DNA from: a bacterium
GTDB lineage: Bacteria > UBA8248 > JACPRG01 > G963555815
Assembly: GCA_963555815.3 (NCBI GenBank)
Contig: CAUVWX020000001.1
Coordinates: 988,633 to 1,052,632 of the forward strand
Direction: 5' to 3'
Length of the DNA: 64,000 bases
The notes below the pieces were generated by a model. It was not told the origin of the DNA, did not search any database, and saw only the letters and a program-made list of their open reading frames with translations. This document shows positions 1 to 8,790 of the stretch, piece by piece. Position 1 is the first letter of the stretch, and each line of letters opens with the position of its first letter. The translations under genes were made by a program, and so were the position numbers.

Positions 1-1767
1 CGTTCGGAGGTCGTGGGACAGATCGCCGTGGAGAGGGGACGCCCCCACCTCATCCCCCTGGATAAGCGCGTGGGTCCGGCCATTGGGATTGTGAAAGGGG
101 GGGAGGGAGGCGCAAGAAACGGTGAGATGGCCGTCTTGCACATTACCCATTACCCCAAGGACCGAATCCCCGCCCGGGGCAAGATTGTCCGCGTCATCGG
201 CCCCCCAGATAGCCTCGAGGCCGAGGTCGATATGGTGGCGACTCAATTCGACCTCGCCCAAGAATTTCCAAAGAAGGTTTTTAACGAGGTGTCCCGCTTA
301 GCGGCTCCGGGACCGTCCGAGATTCGATCGCGAGAGGATCTGCGGGGTCTCCTCATGGTGACCATCGACGGGGAGACCGCTTGGGATTTTGACGACGCCG
401 TCTCTCTCGAAAGAATCCCAAAACCTCTGCAGGGGTTTCGGCTTGGGGTCCACATCGCCGACGTCTCTCACTACGTTCAAAAGGGGGGTGCCTTGGACCT
501 CGAGGCGAGGGGTCGGGGGACGAGCGTCTATTTCCCCGGACAAGCCCTCCCCATGCTTCCTCCGCGTCTCAGCGCGGACCTCGCCAGCCTCCTTCCGGAA
601 AAAAACCGCCTCGCCCTGTCGGTCTTCATCGATTATTCCCCCGAAGGAGAGCGCCTGGGGTACCGGTTTTCAGAAAGTGTCGTCCGGGTCCGCCACCGTC
701 TTACCTACGAGGGGGTAGCCCGGTTCCTCGCCGGGAGGCCCCCCAGCGACTTCCCCCGCGACAAAGCCCTCGGCGGTGTCCTGAGGGACATGGCAGACCT
801 GGCGGCTCGCCTCAGGGAGCGACGCATCGCTCAGGGCAGTCTGGATTTTGAGATCCCCCAGGCAGAGGTCCTTGTGGATGAAAAGGGTCGAGTGCAGGGC
901 GTTCGGCGCGCCCCGAGGACTGAGGCCGGGAACATCATCGAGGATTTCATGCTGGCGGCGAACCAGACCGCAGCGGAACACCTGGAGGGATTGAAGATTC
1001 CGGCTTTATACCGAGTCCACGAGCCCCCCGGCCCCAAGGACCTGGAAGAGGCGGAACTCTTCCTCCACAACCTCCGCTATCGCATCCCGGGGCTCAAGTC
1101 GAAACCGTCTGAGGCCATTCGAACCGCCCTTGAGATTGCGAGAGGAAAGCCTGAGGAGCCCCTCGTCCATATGGCCCTCCTCCGGGCGATGAAGCTCGCC
1201 CGCTACGCCGATGAAAATCTTGGCCACTTCGGCCTTCACTTCTCCCACTACACCCACTTCACCTCCCCTATCCGCCGCTATCCGGACCTCGTGGTTCACC
1301 GCCTCCTGCGGCTCTCGGGCCTTGGACAAGGACGAAAAAGCCCTCGACGCCCGCTGGACACCCTTGCCGGAGAAATGGCGATCATCGCCCTGGAGAGTTC
1401 CAAGAGGGAGAGAAACGCCGAAGCGGCCTCGAGGGCCATGGTGGATTATAAACGGGCAAGGTTCATGGAGAAGAAGGTGGGGGAGGTTTTTAAGGGGGCG
1501 GTGAGCGGCGTGGTCTCCTCAGGCTTCTTTGTCTCCCTGGATGACCCCTTTGTGGAGGGTTTTATCCGGGTTCGAAATCTTGAGGATGACCATTATGTCT
1601 TTGACGCGGGGACACAATCTCTCACAGGGCGGCGGGGACAAAAGACCTTTCGGCTGGGAGACCGGGTGACAGTCCGAGTGGCCCGGGTAGACGCCCTGAG
1701 GCGTGAGATCGACTTTGAGCTTTTGAAGAGCCCTGCTGCGTCAGGCGCTCGCCGGAAAGGGGAATAA
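1..1767 (+). CDS. rnr: Ribonuclease R (RNB exoribonuclease with C-terminal S1 domain), 5' end cut by window edge
   Basis: Frame is open from base 1. The track ORF 13-1767 shows RNB-domain motifs (TIDGETAWDFDDAVS, HFGL..YTHFTSPIRRYPDLVVHR) and an S1-like C-terminus (GAVSGVVSSGFFVSL). Confidence 0.9.
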   Translation, partial: RSEVVGQIAVERGRPHLIPLDKRVGPAIGIVKGGEGGARNGEMAVLHITHYPKDRIPARGKIVRVIGPPDSLEAEVDMVATQFDLAQEFPKKVFNEVSRLAAPGPSEIRSREDLRGLLMVTIDGETAWDFDDAVSLERIPKPLQGFRLGVHIADVSHYVQKGGALDLEARGRGTSVYFPGQALPMLPPRLSADLASLLPEKNRLALSVFIDYSPEGERLGYRFSESVVRVRHRLTYEGVARFLAGRPPSDFPRDKALGGVLRDMADLAARLRERRIAQGSLDFEIPQAEVLVDEKGRVQGVRRAPRTEAGNIIEDFMLAANQTAAEHLEGLKIPALYRVHEPPGPKDLEEAELFLHNLRYRIPGLKSKPSEAIRTALEIARGKPEEPLVHMALLRAMKLARYADENLGHFGLHFSHYTHFTSPIRRYPDLVVHRLLRLSGLGQGRKSPRRPLDTLAGEMAIIALESSKRERNAEAASRAMVDYKRARFMEKKVGEVFKGAVSGVVSSGFFVSLDDPFVEGFIRVRNLEDDHYVFDAGTQSLTGRRGQKTFRLGDRVTVRVARVDALRREIDFELLKSPAASGARRKGE

Positions 1768-1974
1768 ATCTCTTCAAGACCCCGTCGGGGAAAACGCGGA
1801 CGGAAGGGGACTTTTCATCCATCTCGCCGGAAAAAGCGCCCCACCTTTCGACGCCCTTCGGGCACGAGGGGGAGATAAAGAGTGGGGCTCACGGCGGGAG
1901 CGTCAATCTCAGATGAGACTCTCCATTGAAAAACCCTCCGGATATCCCTATGTTTTCTAAGGGTGGTGAATGAA

Positions 1975-2439
1975 ATGGCACGAGGACAGAAGTTTATCTG
2001 TATGAATAAGAAGGCCCTCCACGATTACCACGTGGAGGAGTCCATCGAGGCGGGAATCGCCCTGCGGGGGACGGAGGTCAAATCCCTCCGCGCAGGGCGG
2101 GCCCACCTCAAGCACAGCTACGCCGAGCCTGTGGGGGATGAGATCTTCCTCGTCGGCGTCCACATCGCCCCCTATGAAGGGGGAAGCTATAATAACCATG
2201 ATCCGGAGCGCCGGCGAAAGCTTCTCCTCCACCGACACCAGATCAGGCGTCTTGCCGGGAGGGTGACGGAGAAGGGTTTCACCCTCGTTCCATTGAAGAT
2301 GTATTTCAGTCGTGGGCGTGCCAAGGTAGAGATAGCCATCGCCAAGGGGAAGCACACCTACGACAAGCGGGAAACCTTGAAGCGAAAGGAGGCCGAGAGG
2401 GAAGTGGAACGGGCCTTCAAGGAGAGTAGGAGACGCTAG
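1975..2439 (+). CDS. smpB: SsrA-binding protein SmpB
   Basis: Track ORF 1963-2439. The ATG at 1975 gives MARGQKFI.NKKALHDY..IEAGIALRGTEVKSLR, a typical SmpB N-terminus. The gene lies directly upstream of the tmRNA gene. Confidence 0.92.
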   Translation: MARGQKFICMNKKALHDYHVEESIEAGIALRGTEVKSLRAGRAHLKHSYAEPVGDEIFLVGVHIAPYEGGSYNNHDPERRRKLLLHRHQIRRLAGRVTEKGFTLVPLKMYFSRGRAKVEIAIAKGKHTYDKRETLKRKEAEREVERAFKESRRR

Positions 2440-2462
2440 AGCTCTCTTCCTCGGAGATTCAA

Positions 2463-2821
2463 GGGGGCGACCTGGTTTCGACGGGGGTACTGGAAGTCCG
2501 GGCTGCATGCCGAGGTGCCGTTGGCTCGTAAAACAAACGGCAAACTAATAACTGCCGACGCAGAGTTGGCTCTCGCCGCTTAATAAGTGGTGGGCGCCCT
2601 GCTGGTCCGAGCCCGTAGGGCTGGATTAGGGTGTCATAAAATCGGGATAGCCCAAGGGGCTGGGCCTCGGGGCCCTTCGGGTGAAACTAAACCGCAGGAT
2701 AGCCTCTCTCCTATCCCCGCCGGGGGAGCTGAGAGGGGCGAAAGAAAAATCCCGGCTAAGCGTGTAGATGCCCGAGACTGAAGACCTTCGGACGGGGGTT
2801 CGATTCCCCCCGCCTCCACCA
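2463..2821 (+). ncRNA. ssrA: tmRNA (transfer-messenger RNA)
   Basis: 5' GGGGGCGACCTGGTTTCGACGGGGG pairs with 3' ...GGACGGGGGTTCGATTCCCCCCGCCTCCACCA, forming a tRNA-Ala-like acceptor stem with G3:U70 and a T-arm. The internal tag reading frame ends ...GCC GAC GCA GAG TTG GCT CTC GCC GCT TAA TAA (..ADAELALAA). Confidence 0.93.
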
Positions 2822-2829
2822 TTTCTTGA

Positions 2830-2874
2830 CCCCCCCTGGCCCCTCGCTTGAAGTGGGCCACGGGGGGGTTTTTT
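2830..2874 (+). terminator. Rho-independent terminator after ssrA
   Basis: C7 run plus TGGCCC (2830-2842) pairs with GGGCCA-C-G7 (2855-2868) and is followed by T6 (2869-2874). Confidence 0.8.
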
Positions 2875-2957
2875 CAAAAGGTTATTAGTTTTTCGAAAGC
2901 GGGGGAGCCCCCGCTTTCACCTTCCCAAAGGCCTCTGAAACCAACTGCGAAAACGGC

Positions 2958-2986
2958 TTGACAGTGAAAGGATAGGTGCATATACT
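2958..2986 (+). promoter_or_regulatory. Sigma70-like promoter, TTGACA-17 nt-TATACT
   Basis: TTGACA at 2958-2963, an exact 17-nt spacer, and TATACT at 2981-2986. It lies upstream of the DUF3179-like and AhpD-like gene pair. Confidence 0.6.
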
Positions 2987-3257
2987 CTCTTACATGAGGA
3001 GGATCAAAGGATTTAGCAGTAAAGAGGGGCTGAAGAGCCCCGTCCCGACCCACCGGTGACGCATATGGAACGCTTTAAGAAACAAGCTTCTGGACCGGCC
3101 TACGTTGGGTTTGGCCTTCCAAAATGGGCTTGACAGTCGAGGGGCAACAGGATTAACGTTACCGCATACAGTCAACGGTGTCGGGAACGTCTCTGGCAGG
3201 GCTTGGGAACGTGTTTGCCAAGCCGAGATGGGAGAAACTTGTAGAGGAGGGCAACGC

Positions 3258-5129
3258 GTGATTGTCAGACGATACAAGGACGAGGAAGAGAAAAAGAAAA
3301 TCATCGCCAATACGGCCCAGAAGTATAAAAAAGAGTGTGGCTTCTTCGTGACAGACCGCATCCGTACGAATGTTATGTACGGGCTGACCGACGCGAAACG
3401 CGTTTCCGCCAAACAATTCGCCCCCTTGATGAAGGACGACGATCGTGTGGTGGGCATCTCCCATAAAGGGCAATCCGTGGCTTACCCCTACTTCATCACA
3501 GATTACTACCACTATATGAACGATGTGATCGGAGGGGACCCCGTCGTCTTCCAGACCTGAGAGAGGTGCGGGTCTGGCACCTCGTTCAGCGGTCAGCTGA
3601 ACAATAAAAGATTTAATTGGGACCTATCGGGACTTCTCCTGGCCCAGCAGGGAGGGTGGGACTCAGAAACTGAAAGTTCCTGGTGGAGCATTGACGGCCT
3701 TGCCTATGACGGCCCTCTGAAGGGCACGATGCTGGATTACCTCGCCTACGTCCACTGCACTTGGGCGGAGTGGCTGGAGCTCCATCCTGACACCGAGGTC
3801 ATGGACCTTCCCGACGATCCGAAGCATAAAGATCCCCGAGGCGGTCACGCCTCCGAAGAGTACTGGGAGCGGCCGGGGATTGACAAGTTCATGATCGCGG
3901 GACTTGTGTCCGGTGAGTTAGACCGCCAGCTTCCAGAGAACGTCACGTGCATAGGGGTAAACCTCCCTCAGGGTGTCAAGGCATATCCGGTCAGAGACAC
4001 TAAGCTTGAGGGGGGCCTCACCCATGACAAGATAGGCGATGTGCCCCTGCTCATCATCTCTGGGCCTGCGACGGACAGCTACTTTACAGGGGTTTTCGAC
4101 CGAAGGGTCGACGGCAAGGTGCTAGAGTTCAAGCCCCAGAAGGGCACCGGGGTGGTCTGGAACATGGTGGACAATGAGACGGGGACCGTGTGGAACCCCG
4201 AAGGGCTTGCTATTGACGGGAAGCTCAAGGGCAAGCAGCTCACTCCGGTCCACTACGGTTTCTGTCGGTGGCATTCGTGGATCTACACCCACCCCACAAC
4301 CGAGATTTACAGGACCAAGCGGACAGAGGCCCCGGACATCGAAGAGGGCGTCTTCGCGCAGCTCCTGAAAGGGCTTCACGACGCGAAGTACAAGGTGAAG
4401 GTCAAGCGCGAGATCATCAACGACGCGCGTCTCCTTCAGACCGACCGGGGGCTAATCCTGGACATCAACGGCGACCGCTTACTCCTCCACCACTTCACCA
4501 ATGAGACGGCTTGCCGAGACTACTGCGCCCTCACGCCCCATATACTCCGTGCCGGGTGGTACGTCCTCCAATCTGACCCCCCGGATCAGTTCACCGATAT
4601 CGCCACGAATATTACGAGGCTCCCGGCCGAGGAGATCAACTGGTCGAAGCTCCTCGAGGACGAAAAGTTCGTCCAGGCCTTCCAAAGTGCCGCTTCCAAG
4701 GAGACGGGGCCGGACTACCCCGGATTCAGCGATCTCGTCGGGGCTATCAACCAGGGCGGGTACGACTTCTTCCCCGGGGCTCCTGAGCTCCACTTTGAGA
4801 TCCCGTACCTGTTGCCCTGGGGGACCTATATTGGCCTGCGCCCCGGGGAGGAAAATATGTTCTTGGCCACCATTAATGCTTCGGACCACTTTGAAATCCA
4901 CCGGTGGAAGACAGAAGAGGGGGCGGAAGAGTACAAGAACTACGCCAAGCACGCCTTCCGTGTCGGACGCTATGTCTTCCAACACGTCCCCTTGGCCGCC
5001 TACCAAATCCAGATGTTCCGGATGGGGGATAAGCCCGACGACAAGGTGATGTGGTCGGATATTTTGGAGGACGAGGACTTCAAGAACATTGTCCGCTCCG
5101 TCGTCGAGGGTGCACCAGCTAAGGCTTAA
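3258..5129 (+). CDS. Tandem DUF3179-like domain protein with in-frame TGA (3558-3560) in a UxxC motif; candidate selenoprotein
   Basis: Track ORFs 3105-3560 and 3729-5129 share a frame, and 3561-3728 has no stop. The junction reads GGDPVVFQT-TGA-ERCGSGTSFS, matching the DUF3179 core ..VTYCPLCgtg.vF as I recall it. The GTG at 3258 follows GGAGG at 3246-3250; the start is uncertain (3105-3258). Confidence 0.75.
3563..3602 (+). promoter_or_regulatory. Candidate bacterial SECIS (two adjacent hairpins downstream of TGA 3558)
   Basis: Hairpin 3563-3583 is GAGGTGC/GCACCTC with loop GGGTCTG. Hairpin 3584-3602 is GTTCAGC/GCTGAAC with loop GGTCA. Both loops contain GGTC, as in the E. coli fdhF SECIS apical loop. 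Confidence 0.55.
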
Positions 5130-5373
5130 TGACGAGGAGGGTTTCGCGAAGGACGTGATTCGCTCCGTTGTGGAGGAGTGAAAGAAGACGAGATTTCTCT
5201 TCTGAGGGTCTTCGGCCGCAGAGGTTATTTTCGGCGGCTGGAGGCCCTCAAGTGTTTCAGGGGCCGGATGGCCGGGGCCTGTTTAGCCTGCGAGGCAGGG
5301 GACCCCGGCGTCGGCGCGGTCGGCGTGACGGGACAGACGTCAGGATGCGCGGGACCATCTAGGGAGAAAAGAA

Positions 5374-6021
5374 ATGGCCTGGATTAAAACCATTGGGGAG
5401 TCTGAGGCCACTGGCGAGCTCAAGGCGCATTATGACAGGGCGCGCAAGACGCGGGGGTTTGTGCCGAACATTCAGAAGATCAACAGCCTCAAGCCTGAGC
5501 TCTTGAGTCGATACTACCACTTCTCCCGCGCGGTGACCTTCGGAGGCAGCAGCCTGGGGCGAAAGCGGGAGGAGATGATAGCGGTCACCGTCTCAGCGCT
5601 CATCAAATGCAGGTATTGAACGGTCTCTCACGCGGAGGTCCTCCGCAAAGTCATCTGGAACGACGCCAGGCTGGCGGCCAAGGCCAGCGGCGCAAAGGAG
5701 GGAATGAGTCAAAGCGACGCCAATAAGCTGGTCCTGGCGCTCAAGGAGGATTATCGGAATGCGGGCCTGGCCCCTCCGGACGTCGCCATGCTGGAGTACG
5801 CAGAGAAGATCACCTTCCATCCCACCGACATTACAGAAACGGACATAAAAAACCTGCGGACCCACGGATTCAACGATCAGCAGATCCTGGAGATCGCGGC
5901 GGTTGCGTCCCTCTTCAATTATCTGACTCGGATGGCCAACGCCCTGGGGGTGGAGCCGGACAAGGATGATTTCACCGATGACCCGCAGATCCTGGCCAAA
6001 TTGTCTGAGGGGCTGAAATAG
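5374..6021 (+). CDS. AhpD/carboxymuconolactone decarboxylase-family peroxidase-related protein with in-frame TGA (5617-5619) in a CxxU motif; candidate selenoprotein
   Basis: Track ORFs 5374-5619 and 5704-6021 share a frame with no stop in between. The junction SALIKCRY-TGA-TVSHAEV fits the AhpD-like signature CxxCxxxH, with the second Cys replaced. The N-terminus MAWIKTI..EATGELKAHYD resembles the peroxidase-related CMD subfamily. GGGAG lies 8 nt upstream of the ATG. Confidence 0.8.
5632..5646 (+). promoter_or_regulatory. Candidate bacterial SECIS hairpin
   Basis: GCGGAG-GTC-CTCCGC (or a 5-bp stem with loop GGTCC). The stem starts 13 nt after TGA 5617-5619. Confidence 0.55.
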
Positions 6022-6130
6022 TTTTGTGTGGGACAGCGTGTGAGTGCCTGGCGATACGGGAGGGATGAAAATTCCACAAAAACAGCTCTAATGTCTTTCT
6101 AGCTTTCCTGTTTCATAGACGGCACGCCCT

Positions 6131-7924
6131 TTACATCGCGCACTCGCCTTCGCCGCGCTCGAGCTTGTAAGGTTCGTCCTTCCCCCAGTCCTTGTAAAGG
6201 TCCAGGGCGTCCCCTTCCGGGGGCTCCAGCACCTTGGTGATGTCTTTGAGCACTGCTTCGAACCCCTTCGGTCCTACGCGGTCGACAAAATCGTTGAAGG
6301 TCTCGCCCGAATTCCGGTTCTCCTGATAGTAGATGAGTATCTTCCGGAGGGCTTCGGGCGTGCGCTTGGCCGGCACACGAGAGCGAATTCGCTTGCCGAT
6401 CCGCGTGGCTCCATCTGCATAGGAGCCTCCCAGGAAGACCTCGTATGCGGGCACCTGATTACCGTTGCCGGCGCCCTTAACGGCCGCCCCGTGGAAGCCG
6501 ATGTTGGCCAGATGGTGCTGGCCGCAGCTGTTGGGGCATCCGCTCATCTTGACGTGGAGGTCTTGGATGAACGGGTCCTTGATGATCTCGTCCTCTAGGA
6601 GCGATTTTCGCAGCGCATGGGCGAGTCCCATGGAGGAGGTAATCCCCAACTTGCAGCTGTCGGTGCCGGGGCAGGAGGTGACGTCGGTGATGGTATGGAC
6701 CTCGGTCTCCGCCAGGCCGATGTCCTCCAACTCCCTCCAGAGGGGGTAGAGTGTCTCCTCGCGCACCCACCGGAAGATGAGGTTTTGTTGATGGGTGGTG
6801 CGGGCTCGGCCCCCAGCATACTCCCTGGCGATCCGGGCCAGGGAGAAGAACTGTTCCGTCCGAATGTCCCCAAGGGGGACCTTCACGAAGACGGCGTGAT
6901 AGCCCTTCTGCCTTTGGGGTAGGACGTTGGTGTCCCGCCAGTGGTGAAAGGCCCGGTTGTTCCCGTTGGGCTGTTCGATATGGGCGGGGACGCCGGGGGC
7001 GCTGGCGGACTCGTCCTCCAGAAAGAGATAGGGCTCCGGGTCGATGGGCTCCTGGGCCCAGGGTTGCTGCAGTTCCTCGTCTGTCATTTCCCGGAAGGCG
7101 TCGATTCCGATGCGGTCGATGAGGAACTTGATCCGGGCCTTCATCTTGTTCTTTCGGAGCTCGTCCGAGCGGTGGAAGATGCGGATCACCGCCTCGCTGA
7201 CCTTCAGGTAGTCGGAGATCGGCACGAAGTCGTAGAGCGTATAGGCAACCCTCGGGAGGATGGAGAGACCGCCCCCGGTGACGATCCGGAAACCCCTGGA
7301 CTGCTGACCGTTTTCACTTCGAGTCTGCGCCAGAAATCCCAGATCGTGGATCCCGGTGATGGCACAGTCGGTCGGGCAGCCAGAGAAGGCCACCTTGAAC
7401 TTTCTCGGCAGGGTCTGCGTAAAGGGGTGCCGGAGGAAGTAGCGGGCGAAGGCCCCGACGTATGGCGTCACGTCGAAGATCTCGCCTTGGCAGACCCCGG
7501 CCATGGGGCAGCTCGTGACGTTGCGGACAGTGTTCCCGCAGGCCTCCCGGGTGCTGAGCCCCGCCTCCCCGATAACGCGCATGACTTCGGGCGTGTTTTC
7601 AAGCGGGATGAAGTGGAGCTGGATATTCTCCCGGGTAGTGATGTGCCCCTTCCCAAGGGGGACATAGTCCCTGACGACACGTCCCAGGGCCTCCAGCTGC
7701 TCCGCCGTCAAACCCCCAAAGGGGATCTTGATCCGGAACATCTGGGCATCGGCCTGCCTTTGGCCGTAGACCCCTTGGCAGAGTCGAAAGGCGGTGAACT
7801 TCCCCGGGTCCCACTCCCCCTGACGAAAACGCGTGGCCTCGGTCTCGAAGTCGTCGATCTCTTCGGGGAGGACCGGGAGAACGCCTTTCTGCCCCTCGAA
7901 GTTTTTGACGTGCTTGAATTCCAT
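6131..7924 (-). CDS. sir: Assimilatory sulfite reductase (ferredoxin-type, siroheme/4Fe-4S NirA/Sir family)
   Basis: The track ORF 6131-8116 was trimmed to the ATG at 7924 (MEFKHVKNFEG) to avoid overlap with cysH. It shows nitrite/sulfite reductase repeats and Cys-cluster motifs (TSCPGTDSCKLG, SGCPNSCGQHH) and lies immediately downstream of cysH. Confidence 0.88.
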   Translation of the reverse strand: MEFKHVKNFEGQKGVLPVLPEEIDDFETEATRFRQGEWDPGKFTAFRLCQGVYGQRQADAQMFRIKIPFGGLTAEQLEALGRVVRDYVPLGKGHITTRENIQLHFIPLENTPEVMRVIGEAGLSTREACGNTVRNVTSCPMAGVCQGEIFDVTPYVGAFARYFLRHPFTQTLPRKFKVAFSGCPTDCAITGIHDLGFLAQTRSENGQQSRGFRIVTGGGLSILPRVAYTLYDFVPISDYLKVSEAVIRIFHRSDELRKNKMKARIKFLIDRIGIDAFREMTDEELQQPWAQEPIDPEPYLFLEDESASAPGVPAHIEQPNGNNRAFHHWRDTNVLPQRQKGYHAVFVKVPLGDIRTEQFFSLARIAREYAGGRARTTHQQNLIFRWVREETLYPLWRELEDIGLAETEVHTITDVTSCPGTDSCKLGITSSMGLAHALRKSLLEDEIIKDPFIQDLHVKMSGCPNSCGQHHLANIGFHGAAVKGAGNGNQVPAYEVFLGGSYADGATRIGKRIRSRVPAKRTPEALRKILIYYQENRNSGETFNDFVDRVGPKGFEAVLKDITKVLEPPEGDALDLYKDWGKDEPYKLERGEGECAM

Positions 7925-7958
7925 CCTCAAGTCTTCCTTTGGGAAACGGCTATCCAGC

Positions 7959-8663
7959 TCATCTGTGAAGTCCACATTCGGTCTTCGCAAACCCGCGCCA
8001 GCGGCCCGCACGAGCGTCCTCTCCGAGCTTGACAGGCGAGGTGCAGTGGGTGCATCCGATACTGGGATAGTTCTGGTCGTGGAGGGAGTTGTAGGGGACG
8101 TCGTGGGCCTGGACATAGTCCCACACGTCCGCTGAGCTCCATCGGGCCAGCGGGTTCACCTTGACGAGCTCGAACCTTTGGTCCCACTCCACGATCCCGA
8201 TATTGGCCCGACTTGGGGCCTGGTCGCGACGGATCCCGGTAATCCAGGCTTCGAGGCCGGAGAGGGCCTGCCGAAGGGGCAGGACCTTTCTCAAGTGGCA
8301 GCAGCGGTCCGGGTCGTGCCTATAAAGCTCGGGTCCATGTTCGATGGCTTGAGCCTCGGGCGAGAGCGAGGAGCGATAGGTCACTGGCCGGACGCCGTAT
8401 TTCTCCACGATCCGGTCCCGGAGCTCGTAGGTCTCAGGGAACAGAAATTCGGTGTCCAGGTAAAACACCCTGAGGTCAGGCTCGATCTGAACGGCCATAT
8501 CCACTAGAGCCATCCCCTCGGCCCCAAAACCGGTGGCCAGGGCGATCTGGGGGTGAAACTCCCCTAGGGCCCAAGCCAGTACGGCCTGAGGACCCTTTTC
8601 TTCGAACTCACGCCCTAACTCTGCGACCAACTCCGGCGATAGCTTTTTACTGGTGTGATTCAT
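7959..8663 (-). CDS. cysH: APS/PAPS reductase (Fe-S type CysH; CC..CxxC plus C-terminal ECGLH)
   Basis: 234-aa ORF with the PP-loop family fold, DPDRCCHLRKV, SIGCTHCT and a C-terminal KTECGLHR motif. Confidence 0.9.
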   Translation of the reverse strand: MNHTSKKLSPELVAELGREFEEKGPQAVLAWALGEFHPQIALATGFGAEGMALVDMAVQIEPDLRVFYLDTEFLFPETYELRDRIVEKYGVRPVTYRSSLSPEAQAIEHGPELYRHDPDRCCHLRKVLPLRQALSGLEAWITGIRRDQAPSRANIGIVEWDQRFELVKVNPLARWSSADVWDYVQAHDVPYNSLHDQNYPSIGCTHCTSPVKLGEDARAGRWRGFAKTECGLHR

Positions 8664-8790
8664 GGATGGCCTCGCAAAGCTGGGTGATACCGTAAATGGC
8701 GATTGAGTTTTGAAGGTCTCGTCTCATCCGGATTTTTCAAACACTCCGCGAAAGACTCCCCCCGCACATAAAGATGCGGGGAGAAGTATG

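Noticed and set aside
5168-5387. Two overlapping 64- and 69-aa ORFs between the two selenoprotein candidates
   Set aside because: They are Arg/Gly-rich, with no SD and no motif. The region more likely carries RNA hairpins or an intergenic spacer.
6941-8032. 363-aa plus-strand ORF (and 7833-8135, 6465-6922 neighbours)
   Set aside because: It is antisense to the well-supported sulfite reductase gene. The sequence is low-complexity and Gly/Asp/Leu/Pro/Arg-rich, typical of shadow ORFs in GC-rich DNA.
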